From NCBI GenBank assembly GCA_002437105.1, contig DJOB01000004.1, positions 189,162-253,161 of the forward strand: 64,000 bases of DNA. The letters run 5' to 3'. Below, piece by piece: positions 34,914 through 44,687 of the stretch (its first letter is position 1; each line of letters begins with the position of its first letter). Both the position numbers and the translations under genes were made by a program. The notes under the pieces were generated by a model that saw only the letters and a program-made list of their open reading frames with translations, had not been told where the DNA came from and did not search any database. The DNA comes from Bacillales bacterium UBA6449. GTDB lineage: Bacteria > Bacillota_I > Bacilli_A > RFN20 > CAG-288.

Positions 34914-35783
34914 ATGGCGGAAGAGAAAGATATTCCCGAGTCCGCGCAGGACATCGGTTACGATGAATTCAAGTCGCGGGTGAAAGCGGCTAAAGCGGTC
35001 GCGAGACCTAAGCCCGCTGTCGGTTCGACCGTGCGCCATGTGATCGGCGTTATCTCGGGTAAGGGCGGTGTGGGAAAGACCTTCACCGCCTCCTATCTAG
35101 CGGTGTTGCTGCGCCGCAAGGGATATAGGGTGGCGATTCTAGATGCAGATGTTACCGGGGCTTCCATCCCGACGGCCTTCGGTCTCAACGATGTCAAGGT
35201 GTGGTCGGATGGGGCGAATATCTATCCTGCGGTCTCGCTGCAGGGAATCCAGCTCGTCTCGGCTAATCTGCTCCTCGAGCATCCCGGCGATCCGATCATC
35301 TGGCGGGGTCCCATGGAGTCTAGCCTGCTCATGCAGTTCTGGACTGAGGTGGTCTTCGACTGCGATGTGATGATCGTCGACTGCCCGCCCGGAACTAGCG
35401 ATATCCAGCTGACGGTGCTGCAGCAGTTGCCCATGGATGGTCTCATCCTGGCAGTGACGCCGCAGAGTCTCGTCTCCGTCATCGCTAGCAAGGCGGCAAG
35501 CATGGCGAATATGATGGATATCCCCATCATCGGAGCGGTGATGAATATGGAGTATGTGACCTGCCCTGACTGCCACCGGCGGATCTATCCTTTTGGGGAG
35601 GTCGATCTCGATCGCCTCAGAGCGATGCAGATCCCCGTCATCAGCGAAGTTCCTATCGACCCGCAGATCTCGGAGGCGACTGACCGAGGAGCTATCGAGA
35701 AGTTGGAAGTGAACTATCTGGATAACCTCGCGGATGGGGTGGTTAAATATCTGAATCTTAAGGATAGAAACCATGAGGGATAA
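34914..35783 (+). CDS. Mrp/NBP35/ApbC-family Fe-S cluster carrier ATPase
   Basis: Deviant Walker A ISGKGGVGKTF, plus DADVTGASIP and CPDC. Confidence 0.85.
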   Translation: MAEEKDIPESAQDIGYDEFKSRVKAAKAVARPKPAVGSTVRHVIGVISGKGGVGKTFTASYLAVLLRRKGYRVAILDADVTGASIPTAFGLNDVKVWSDGANIYPAVSLQGIQLVSANLLLEHPGDPIIWRGPMESSLLMQFWTEVVFDCDVMIVDCPPGTSDIQLTVLQQLPMDGLILAVTPQSLVSVIASKAASMANMMDIPIIGAVMNMEYVTCPDCHRRIYPFGEVDLDRLRAMQIPVISEVPIDPQISEATDRGAIEKLEVNYLDNLADGVVKYLNLKDRNHEG

Positions 35784-36489
35784 TGCGATAGTCGACTCAT
35801 TTCTCGAGGAGTTTAAAGAGTTGGAAGCAGCGCTAGCCAAGGCTGCGGGCCAAGTGGAGGGATTCTCGTCATATACGAAAAACCTCCAGCAGTGCTACAG
35901 CCAGCGGCGTATTCCTCTGCTCCAGGTGGATGATAATTTCGCCTTTTTAAAGAGCTGTGCCGAGGTCAGAAACCTGCTGGTGCACAGCCACGATATCTGC
36001 GTTCCCACCTCCGCCTGCCTCGAACGCTTTATCGAACTGTCGCAGCGGATCCGCTTTCCGAAGCGGGCTGGCGATATCGCTACGCGGGGGAACCACCTTT
36101 TGACAGCGACGCTAAAGACCCCGATTCTCACCCTAGCGAAGAGGATGGTCGCCAAAGGGCTGTCACACGTTCCAGTCATCGAGGAAGGGAAGCTGTTAGG
36201 GATCTTCTCTGCCACCTCCTTTTTCGACCTGTTTAACCAGGAGGGAACGCTATCTCTTGATGCTGATACCACCTTGGAGAGGATTCGCGATCAGATCTCC
36301 ATCTGCAATCATCGGTCGGAGACCTTCATCTTCTGCCGCCCGGATACGATCCTAGCTGATTTCGCCTCTCTGCTGGGACGGAAGGGAAAGCAGAAGCGAC
36401 GAGTGGCGGCGGTGCTGGTGACTGAGGATGGGAGCGCGAGCGGAAAGCTGGTCGGAATAATTACTGCGTCGGACCTGGTTAAGGCCTAG
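35773..36489 (+). CDS. CBS-pair domain protein with an unknown N-terminal domain
   Basis: GLSHVPVIEEGKLLGIFSATSFFDL and KLVGIITASDLVKA. Confidence 0.65.
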   Translation: MRDNAIVDSFLEEFKELEAALAKAAGQVEGFSSYTKNLQQCYSQRRIPLLQVDDNFAFLKSCAEVRNLLVHSHDICVPTSACLERFIELSQRIRFPKRAGDIATRGNHLLTATLKTPILTLAKRMVAKGLSHVPVIEEGKLLGIFSATSFFDLFNQEGTLSLDADTTLERIRDQISICNHRSETFIFCRPDTILADFASLLGRKGKQKRRVAAVLVTEDGSASGKLVGIITASDLVKA

Positions 36490-36840
36490 AGGAATATCTC
36501 AACTCGGTTAAACCGACGATATTTGGAATGTCTTCTGGACACTAAAAATAATTGATCAGCTTGGCTTTTATCTATGAATATCCAATTGAGCTTCGGATTG
36601 CTGATAAAGATTGGTAAGTTAAATAATAAATTGTCTTAAATAAACTTTAGGGGTACAAAGACATATAGGATCCATGGTGAGATTCGTTGAATATCAACGA
36701 TTCTTTGCATACACTAAAAGGAGAAGCTTCAGATTTTAAAGTAGAAATTTAAGAGTTTCAAAGAAGGATGAAGCCATTCAAATAATCCGAATGGACTTCA
36801 GCTCGTACCTTTATCTTCGCTGCTAGATTGGGAAGAAAGG

Positions 36841-38478
36841 CTAATCGATGAAGTCTTTGAGATCGACCTTAGTCGTGTCGATCTCGGATATCAGCTGCCT
36901 GGTGTGAAGTATGTAGGACGAGGGCATGGAGAGGTGATCGATGCCGATCTTCAGGAAGAATCCGAGCAGCTTCTCGTCGTGGGCTAGTTCTCCGCAGATG
37001 GAGACGGGGATACCATACTTGTGAGCATTGTCGGCCGTGATCTTCATGAGTCTGAGGATTCCTACGGCATGAGGATTGAAGAATTTAGTCAGGTTCTCAT
37101 TCGTCCTATCGATCGCTAGGGTGTACTGGGAGAGATCGTTAGTTCCGATAGAGAAGAACTTAGCTTTCTGGGCGAGGATGTCCGAGGTGATGGCGGCAGC
37201 GGGAGTCTCGATCATGATTCCGACCTTCATATCCCGGTTGTACTTGATTCCGCGCTTGTCCAGGTCGGCCATGGCTAAAGCGCACATCTCGTGGACGAAG
37301 TCCAGTTCCTTAGGAGAGATGATCATGGGGATCATGATCGAGAGATCGCCATAGGCGGAGGCGCGATACAGAGCCTTCAGCTGGGTGAGGAAGAGGTCGT
37401 GTCTGTCGTAGCAGATCCTTATGGATCGATATCCGAGGGCGGGATTGTTCTCCTTGGGCAGGTGGAAGTAAGGGGCGATCTTATCGGAACCGATATCGAA
37501 CGTCCTGATGACGACCGGTCTACCCTCCATGTCTTTGACCGCTTCGACATAGGCGTTGAACTGCTGCTCCTCGGTGGGATAGTCGGCGGAATTCATATAG
37601 ATGAACTCCGATCTGAAGAGACCGATTCCTTCCGCGCCGTTCTTCAGAGCGATCTTGGCTTCCTCCGGGGTGGCGATGTTGGCGTAGAGGGTGGTCTTCA
37701 CTCCATCCTTGCTGAGGGTCGGCTTATCCTTGAAGGACTGAAGGATATCGAGCGTGTGCTGTCTATCCTCACTCACTTTCTTCATTCCCTCATAGAAGTT
37801 CGGCTCATAATCCACGTAGACCTTGCCGGTGATAGCATCGAGGATACCCGGTTGATTCGCCAAGGTTTCACTGGGTTTGCTGTCGAGGATGAGGGCGGGG
37901 AATCCGAGCGATCTCTCGACGATCGATACGTGGCTGGCTTTACCGATATCGACCAGTAGTAGTCCCTTGACGAACTTGCTGTCGAGGGAGAGCAGCTGCG
38001 AGACGGTAATGCTATCCGAGACTAGAATCGTGGGCTCGGTAAACTGTAGCGAGGCGTTCTTTCCGCTGAGATGATCCTTGATCTGGTTCGAGATCTCCAC
38101 CACGTCCGCGGTCCTCTGCGACATGTAGTCATCGCCGGTAGCCAGGAGCATGTTGCAGAGCTTCTTCGAGGCGTCATCGATTGCCCTTTCGGCTGAAAGA
38201 CCATTCTGCAGACCTGAATTGACCAGATCGGCGAAATCATCATCCTCGAGCATGGTCAGGTGAGCTTCGACTATATCCTTATTCGCCTTGGAAAGACCAG
38301 GTTTGTCATGAAGCTTCTCCGTGTCTTCGATCGTCTCTTTCAGTGCGGCATCGTATCTCTTCTTCTCTATCTCCGCACCCTGGCTCGCATGGTTCTCCTC
38401 TTCGTCGCCCTTCATCCGGAATACTATTTTTCCAAAAGCATAACCCGGAAATAGAACATCGCCCTTCAATTTATACAT
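36841..38478 (-). CDS. ptsI: Phosphoenolpyruvate-protein phosphotransferase (PTS Enzyme I)
   Basis: Start MYKLKGD follows GGAGGAAGG. Active-site region GKASHVSIVERSLGFPAL. C-terminal PEP-utilising domain FFSIGTNDLSQY. Confidence 0.9.
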   Translation of the reverse strand: MYKLKGDVLFPGYAFGKIVFRMKGDEEENHASQGAEIEKKRYDAALKETIEDTEKLHDKPGLSKANKDIVEAHLTMLEDDDFADLVNSGLQNGLSAERAIDDASKKLCNMLLATGDDYMSQRTADVVEISNQIKDHLSGKNASLQFTEPTILVSDSITVSQLLSLDSKFVKGLLLVDIGKASHVSIVERSLGFPALILDSKPSETLANQPGILDAITGKVYVDYEPNFYEGMKKVSEDRQHTLDILQSFKDKPTLSKDGVKTTLYANIATPEEAKIALKNGAEGIGLFRSEFIYMNSADYPTEEQQFNAYVEAVKDMEGRPVVIRTFDIGSDKIAPYFHLPKENNPALGYRSIRICYDRHDLFLTQLKALYRASAYGDLSIMIPMIISPKELDFVHEMCALAMADLDKRGIKYNRDMKVGIMIETPAAAITSDILAQKAKFFSIGTNDLSQYTLAIDRTNENLTKFFNPHAVGILRLMKITADNAHKYGIPVSICGELAHDEKLLGFFLKIGIDHLSMPSSYILHTRQLISEIDTTKVDLKDFID

Positions 38479-38605
38479 CTGAGCCCTTCCTCCGTTAGAC
38501 AAGACTAATATATACATTTTGTTAACTAATTGTGCCCTGTCTTTCATATTTTATTAAAGCACTTTCACGATATTTAATTTTTTTCTTATCTCCTTAAAAA
38601 TTATT

Positions 38606-38640
38606 AAAGTTCCAGCAATAATGGAATTTTGTGGAACTTT
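38606..38640. promoter_or_regulatory. 9-bp perfect inverted repeat AAAGTTCCA-N17-TGGAACTTT in the ptsI/fruR divergent region
   Basis: Read directly from the sequence. Candidate operator or leader hairpin. Confidence 0.35.
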
Positions 38641-38654
38641 CAGCAACAGTTATC

Positions 38655-38713
38655 GGAAGAAATTGGAAGATTTTGAAACATTTTGATATACATTTGGCAA
38701 AATAGATGTATAT
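38655..38713. promoter_or_regulatory. 10-bp-phased repeats (GGAAGAaatt GGAAGAtttt GAAACAtttt GATATAcatt) plus inverted repeat ATATACAT-N12-ATGTATAT upstream of fruR
   Basis: GGAAGA at 38655 and 38665. ATTTTGA at 38670 and 38680. Inverted repeat arms at 38686-38693 and 38706-38713. Candidate DeoR-type operator array. Confidence 0.35.
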
Positions 38714-38740
38714 TATTGCCTTGAAAGAGCTAACAACACT

Positions 38741-39502
38741 ATGATGAAATCGGAAAGGCAGAATCGAATCATCGAACTGGTGAAGAGGGAGGGATACTGC
38801 TCTCTCGACACCATCGCCAAGGAACTGGGTGTCTCGAGCTCGACGGTGAGGCGCGATATCGAGTTCTTGGATTCCAACGGAGCTCTTGTCAGGGAGAGGG
38901 GAGGCGCGTCTCGCTCGCGGTCGAATGAGTTCTCTATGTACGATCAGAAGCTGAACGTACGCATGAAGCTCGAGGCCGAGAGCAAGAAGGCGATCGCCCA
39001 AGCTGCTCTGAAGCTGATTCAGCCCGGCTCGACCATCTTTATGGATGCTGGGTCCTCCACTCTGACGCTCGCGAAGCTTTTACCTTCCGACCTTCGGATC
39101 ACTGTTGTTACCGACTCTCTCTCAGTGAGCAGGGTTCTAGCGGAGAAAGGTATTGCGACCTTTCTGATCGGAGGGACGCTGAAGCCTACCACTGATGCCA
39201 CTGTCGGTCCCATGGCAGAAGAGCAGATCAGGCACTTCTTCTTCTCCCAGGCTTTCATGGGTGCCAACGCCGTCGATAGGGAGCTGGGATTTATGACTCC
39301 CGATATCAGCGAGGCCTGCACTAAGCGGGCCGCTTGCGAATCGGCAGGGCAGGTCGTCTTCTTAGCCGATCGGTCGAAGTTCAACATCAAGTCGGTCATC
39401 TCCTTCGCACCGTTGAAGGACCAGCTGGTCATCACCGACTATGTGGATTCCGATCATTCTTTTCCGAGTCTGAAGCTAGTGGAGGTTAAAGTTGATGATT
39501 AG
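38741..39502 (+). CDS. fruR: DeoR-family transcriptional repressor of the fructose operon
   Basis: N-terminal HTH ERQNRIIELVKREGYCSLDTIAKELGVSSSTVRRDIEFL with a DeoR_C sensor domain. Confidence 0.9.
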   Translation: MMKSERQNRIIELVKREGYCSLDTIAKELGVSSSTVRRDIEFLDSNGALVRERGGASRSRSNEFSMYDQKLNVRMKLEAESKKAIAQAALKLIQPGSTIFMDAGSSTLTLAKLLPSDLRITVVTDSLSVSRVLAEKGIATFLIGGTLKPTTDATVGPMAEEQIRHFFFSQAFMGANAVDRELGFMTPDISEACTKRAACESAGQVVFLADRSKFNIKSVISFAPLKDQLVITDYVDSDHSFPSLKLVEVKVDD

Positions 39503-40415
39503 AACACTTACGTTGTCTCCGGCTCTCGACTATTCGGTCGTCGTCAACGGCGAGTTCACCCTCGGTGCGATCAACCGGACCGTCAAGGAGGAGTATGAAG
39601 CGGGGGGAAAGGGGATCAACGTCTCGATCGTCCTGAAGAGACTGGGTCTCGATTCCATCGCTCTAGGCTTCCTATCCGGCTTCACCGGTGACTACATCGA
39701 GAAGCTGTTGAAGCAGGAAGGACTGACCACGGATTTCGTCCACACCCCCGGGGTGACGAGAATCAATGTCAAGGTCGAAGGTGAACCGGAGACGGCGATC
39801 AATGGTCAGGGACCGCGGGTTACGGAGCAGGAACTCAGCGAGCTGGTAGCGAAGATCGATCAGTCCCAGGATGGCGATGTGCTCATCATGAGCGGGCAGA
39901 TCCCTCCGACTCTTCCCAGCGATACCTACGAGAAGATCCTCGCCAGGCTCGCGGGCAGGAAGGTGCTCACCGTGGTCGATTCGACCGGAAAGCTCCTGAC
40001 CGATGCTTTGAAGTACCATCCGTTCCTGATCAAGCCCAACAGCGATGAACTCGGGGAGATCGTAGGGAAACCGATGGATACCGAGGAGGCGATCATCGCC
40101 GGTGCCAAGGAACTTCAGGGCCTGGGCGCTAGAAACGTTCTGGTCTCGAGAGGTGGGGATGGCTCGATCCTCGTCGATGAGAACGGGCGGTCCTACATCA
40201 AGAAGGCCATGCATGCCCCGGTCGTCTCGACGGTGGGAGCTGGCGATTCCATGGTGGCCGGATTCATCTACGGTTACCTCCGGACCAAGGATTATGAGCG
40301 GTCTCTGGAGCTCGCTTCCTCGACCGGCTCCGCCACCGCCTTCTCCAAGGGATTGGCTACTCGGGAGAAGGTGCTGGCGATCCTGAAGAAGATGTATGGG
40401 AGAGATGCCATATGA
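39495..40415 (+). CDS. fruK: 1-phosphofructokinase (PfkB family)
   Basis: GGKGINVS and VSTVGAGDSMVAGF motifs. ATG lies 9 nt after GGAGG. Confidence 0.9.
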   Translation: MIRTLTLSPALDYSVVVNGEFTLGAINRTVKEEYEAGGKGINVSIVLKRLGLDSIALGFLSGFTGDYIEKLLKQEGLTTDFVHTPGVTRINVKVEGEPETAINGQGPRVTEQELSELVAKIDQSQDGDVLIMSGQIPPTLPSDTYEKILARLAGRKVLTVVDSTGKLLTDALKYHPFLIKPNSDELGEIVGKPMDTEEAIIAGAKELQGLGARNVLVSRGGDGSILVDENGRSYIKKAMHAPVVSTVGAGDSMVAGFIYGYLRTKDYERSLELASSTGSATAFSKGLATREKVLAILKKMYGRDAI

Positions 40416-40426
40416 AAGGAGGGTCT

Positions 40427-42517
40427 ATGAAGATATCAGACCTATTGACGGTATCGTCTATCGATGTCGATGCATCCGCTTCCTCGAAGCTCGATGCCCT
40501 GAAGCAGGGTGTGAGCCTCATGATGAAGACCGGGGCAGTCAAGGATGAGAAAGCCTATCTGAACGGAGTTCTGGAGCGGGAGAAGGAATCCACCACGGGA
40601 ATCGGCGAGGGAGTCGCTATTCCCCACGCCAAGGGTGATTTCGTCGCTAAGCCCGCTCTCATCGCGATGGTCTTCCACCAGGGTGTCGAATTTGCCTCCC
40701 TGGATGGAGAGCCCGCCAAGGTGATGTTCATGATCGCCGCTCCCAAGAGCAACGGTCAGGACAATCAGGAGCTGGAGGTTCTTCAGACCCTGTCCAAGCT
40801 GCTGATGAACGAGCAGTTCGTGAGCGACCTGTTCCAGGCTAAGGACAGTGTCGAATTCCTGAATATCATCGCTAAAGCCGAAGGGGCTAAGCTCATCCAG
40901 GAGAAGAAGATCGACGAGGAGATCGCGAATACCAAGACGTTCGACATCCTCGGTGTGACCAGCTGTCCGAACGGCATCGCTCATACCTATATGGCTCAGG
41001 ACGGGCTGATAGCCGCGGCTAAGAAGGCTGGTCTCTCTATCAAGGTGGAGACCGATGGTGCCGCGGGAATCGAGCACGCGCTGACCGCGGAGGAGATCAA
41101 GGCGGCCAAGGCGATCATCGTCGCGGCGGACGCTTCGGTCGAGATGACTCGCTTCAACGGCAAGAAGGTTTTGGCTGTCTCCGTCTCCAAGGCGATCAAT
41201 AATGCCGACGAGCTCATCAAGCTCGCGCTGAGCGCGGATACTCCTATCTATCACAGCGACGCGGCTGCCGCTAAGCCCGAAGGTGATAGTGCGCTGACCA
41301 AGGAGTCGATTTGGCACAAGATCTACAAGTACCTGATGGGTGGTGTCTCCCACATGATTCCCTTCGTCATCGCCGGTGGTTTTCTGACTGCGATCGCCTT
41401 CCTGATCGATATGGCGACGGGTCACTCCGACGCCGGTGCCAGTTTCGGTTCGACAAACGTGGTCGCTGCTTGGTTCAAGACGCTGGGCGGCTTCTCGATG
41501 GGACTCATGCTTCCGGTTCTGGCGGGTTTCATCGCCTACTCGATCGCCGGTACTCCGGCGCTCGTCGTAGGGTTTGTCGCCGGTCTGCTCGCGGGCAACA
41601 AGTTCTCGATCGCTGATACCCTGAAGCTCGAAACCAACGGAGCGACTGCGGGATTCCTGGGTGCTCTGGTCGGTGGTTTCATCGCTGGTTACATCGTTCT
41701 AGGCTTGAAATGGTTGACGCGGAAGATGCCTAAGAACCTCGAAGGTCTCAAGTCGATGCTCATCTTCCCCATCGTCGGTACGGCTCTGATTGGCGTGACG
41801 ATGTATGTGGTTAACACTCCCTTCATCTATGTGTCCTTCGGTCTCCAGAAGGGTTTGAAGGCTCTAGCCGATGCGCATCTGACTGTTCTGCTCTGTGCGA
41901 TACTCGCCGGTATGATGGCGGTCGATATGGGTGGACCTGTGAATAAGGCAGCCTATGTCACTGGTACTGGTCTTATTGCGTCCGCTCTGAATAATGAGCT
42001 GACTGGCGAGGCAGCCAATGCGGCCTATATGGCGATGGCGGCAGTCATGATCGGTGGTATGGTTCCTCCTCTCGCTATCGCGCTGGCGGCGGATCTGTTC
42101 CCCGGCAAGTGGTCGAAGAAGGAGCGCACCGATTCCAAGGTCAACTATCTGCTCGGACTGGGATTCATCACTGAAGGTGCGATTCCCTACGCGGCTAGCC
42201 ATCCTCTGCCCGTTATCGGTTCATCCGTGATCGGTTCGGTCGTCGCTGGTATCCTCTCCGGTGTGTTCCAGGTGGGACTTCCTGTGCCCCACGGAGGAAT
42301 CTTCGTCTTCCCGGTGCTGAATCAGGGACTGATGAATCTTCCTTGGATCTGGTACATCATCGCGCTGATTGCGGGAACCGTGGTCGGTGCTCTCTGCCTC
42401 GGTATCTTCATGCCCGATAATCCTAATCCCGAGCTCAAGAAGTGGAAGGGACTCTTCCATGTGAACATCGATTTTTCCAAGCTGAAAAAGGGTGGAAAAT
42501 CCGCGGAAAAGCGGTAA
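40427..42517 (+). CDS. fruA: PTS fructose-specific EIIABC
   Basis: IIA motif GIGEGVAIPHAKG, IIB motif GVTSCPNGIAHTYMA, then a polytopic IIC domain. SD AAAGGAGGG upstream. Confidence 0.9.
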   Translation: MKISDLLTVSSIDVDASASSKLDALKQGVSLMMKTGAVKDEKAYLNGVLEREKESTTGIGEGVAIPHAKGDFVAKPALIAMVFHQGVEFASLDGEPAKVMFMIAAPKSNGQDNQELEVLQTLSKLLMNEQFVSDLFQAKDSVEFLNIIAKAEGAKLIQEKKIDEEIANTKTFDILGVTSCPNGIAHTYMAQDGLIAAAKKAGLSIKVETDGAAGIEHALTAEEIKAAKAIIVAADASVEMTRFNGKKVLAVSVSKAINNADELIKLALSADTPIYHSDAAAAKPEGDSALTKESIWHKIYKYLMGGVSHMIPFVIAGGFLTAIAFLIDMATGHSDAGASFGSTNVVAAWFKTLGGFSMGLMLPVLAGFIAYSIAGTPALVVGFVAGLLAGNKFSIADTLKLETNGATAGFLGALVGGFIAGYIVLGLKWLTRKMPKNLEGLKSMLIFPIVGTALIGVTMYVVNTPFIYVSFGLQKGLKALADAHLTVLLCAILAGMMAVDMGGPVNKAAYVTGTGLIASALNNELTGEAANAAYMAMAAVMIGGMVPPLAIALAADLFPGKWSKKERTDSKVNYLLGLGFITEGAIPYAASHPLPVIGSSVIGSVVAGILSGVFQVGLPVPHGGIFVFPVLNQGLMNLPWIWYIIALIAGTVVGALCLGIFMPDNPNPELKKWKGLFHVNIDFSKLKKGGKSAEKR

Positions 42518-42540
42518 AACATTCGTGAGGTGAAATCGAA

Positions 42541-42798
42541 ATGAAATCGTTCAATTATGTCGTTAAGGACCAGGAGGGCATCCACGCCCGTCCGGCAACC
42601 CTGCTCGTGCAGAACGCCAAGAAGTTTAAGAGCTCGGTCCAGATCGTCTTCGGCGACAAGAAGGCTGATGCTAAGCGGATCTTCTCCATCATGGCTCTCG
42701 GTGCTAAGCAGGGAGCTGATCTGACCTTCAATATCTCTGGTGAGGATGAAGAAGCGGCTTATAACGAGCTCAAGAGCTTTGTAGAAGCCAACTTCTAA
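42541..42798 (+). CDS. ptsH: Phosphocarrier protein HPr (His15 present; Arg at the Ser46 position)
   Basis: EGIHARPATLLVQ is present. The region aligned to KSIMGVMSLG reads KRIFSIMALG. Confidence 0.9.
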   Translation: MKSFNYVVKDQEGIHARPATLLVQNAKKFKSSVQIVFGDKKADAKRIFSIMALGAKQGADLTFNISGEDEEAAYNELKSFVEANF

Positions 42799-42824
42799 TT
42801 CCTGTCATCCCGTCAGTAGTACAT

Positions 42825-42857
42825 ACACATGGGCTATTCTGGCCCATGTGTTTTTTA
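42825..42857 (+). terminator. Intrinsic terminator of the fru-ptsH operon
   Basis: ACACATGGGC-tattctg-GCCCATGTGT followed by TTTTT. Confidence 0.8.
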
Positions 42858-42935
42858 TCTAAGAACTGGCTAAGCATAGAACATTGCAGCTATTAATTTG
42901 AATACCTATATATACATATATAATATTTAGTTGTG

Positions 42936-42949
42936 AAAAAGTTTGACAC
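42936..42949. repeat. Left copy of the 14-nt direct repeat AAAAAGTTTGACAC flanking the AT-rich island
   Basis: An identical 14-mer occurs at 47944-47957. Both lie near the composition break. Confidence 0.4.
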
Positions 42950-43362
42950 TGATTTACAGGGTGAAAAGCAATTCATTACCATGATGCATATGTTGTTATT
43001 GGGTAACAGTACTTTCTTTATCATAGTAGTATTTCACGATGTCTACTAAAAATTGGCTTTTTATCAAAATTGAGGCGAGTAATTATAAGGCAGAATAGTT
43101 ATCATTTCATCAGTAATAAGGCTTTCTTATAGACTATAAATATGAGAATTATTTTTATAACTAAAAAAGAAAAGCAGCTATGAATATGGACCATAGAAAT
43201 TACTTGTAATTTAAACTTATAGCAGCTTTATTAAATTCTAGAAAAAAATATATGAATATTAACTTCGCTTAATTAAAGATAAGAGCTCTAATTAAATCAT
43301 ATAATTCTAACTAGTTTAAAACAGGTGTATTCTGATTAATTTAATATTATTTATAAATTTAT

Positions 43363-44687
43363 TTAAAAAGGGATACTTGCAAAACCATTATTTTTTCTCC
43401 AATTTTCAATTTTTGCTTCGTTTCTAGCGTACCATTGTGAGCAGATAACATATTTATCATTTATTGGTTTTTTATAAAATCTCTTAGGGTCATAGTGATC
43501 CACATTAATATCTGCGATAACTGGATATGAAATACCAAATTTGTCTTTACAGTATTTTTTGTTTCTAAGATTATTTATTTGCACATCTGATAATTTTTCC
43601 GATGTTAATAATTTGGTAAAAAATCTCTTTGCACGTTGGCCAATTCCTAAAGTTTTCCCTCCTTGTGGTTCACTTCCTGTGTTTGATATGCCCAGTCCAT
43701 AGCTAATATTAATTATAGTATTACCAGGTTGTTTAGTACTGTTAGGAATTTTTGACGAGGCTAGATTGGGGTCAATCATCACTCTTTTTAAGAAATCGTC
43801 ATAATCAGGCCCATAATACTTTCTTAATTGATCTTTAGCATATTGCAGAAATTCAGGCATTTCCCCAATGTCATTTCCCTTTATATGTACACCTTTAGGA
43901 AATTCTTGACATTTCGGTTTTTCCCGTTTTGGCGTCAGCACATAATTAAAAGGACATACAAAGCGTAAAAAATGTGCTTTTAATACTTCTTTTGCCTTAT
44001 TAAGTGGATATTGAGACATGTTGAGTTGCGATGAGCTCATTTTTCTTACATAATAATTTCCATTTACAGCTTTTTTATAATCACCAGAATCTCCACGGGT
44101 AAATTTATAATCTTTACACCAATCATTTATACTCTTAGTTTTACCTTTAATAAAATATTCTTTTCCAACATCAATAATATGAGATATTTTGTATCCCGCT
44201 TTCCCAAAGCCGGGATTTTTTCCATCGAGAGAATATGCTGCTTTTTCTTTTTCATCTTTTGTACATTTGCAGGTGGCAGGAAACTTTCTAGAAATCATTG
44301 CGCATTTGAACTCGTCGTAACTCGGAACATATCCATCAATAGCAAATTTACAAAAATAAGCCGCAAAGAAATTATCAGTGAAAAAATAACTACAATTAGT
44401 GGCCCTATTAGTAGTCCCATTAGTAATTTCAGTATAAAATCCTCTCCTCAAGGTAATGTAATTTTTCTTTCCCTTTACTGGTTGACCATAATTTCTTATT
44501 ACAAAAACAGCATCTGGATCATCAATATATTGAAGTAGTATTTTGTAAATGCTAATTGCTATTTTTTATCAGGAAGTAAGGGAACAACAAAATCATTCCA
44601 AAAATCACCTATAGTTTTATCACTTCCACTTTTTAATGGTGTAAGAGATGGAGAGTCGATCGACGATAATTTATCAATAAGTGTCAT
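43363..44687 (-). pseudogene. Orphan Lys/Cys/Tyr-rich gene (about 441 aa if repaired) interrupted by a frameshift in an A6 tract
   Basis: The upstream ORF MTLIDKLSSIDSPSLTPLKSGSDKTIGDFWNDFVVPLLPDKK ends at a TAG immediately after AAAAAA (44567-44562). The other frame is open from 44565 (..IAISIYKILLQYIDDPDAVFVIRNYGQPVKGKKNYITL) into the 362-aa track ORF. One extra A joins the two. An alternative ATG lies at 44738. Confidence 0.6.

Noticed and set aside
42840-42846. TGGCCCA is shared between the ptsH terminator and the tRNA-Phe 3' end, a possible att duplication of the tRNA end.
   Set aside because: Only 7 nt match, and the left copy is part of the terminator stem. This is most likely coincidence.
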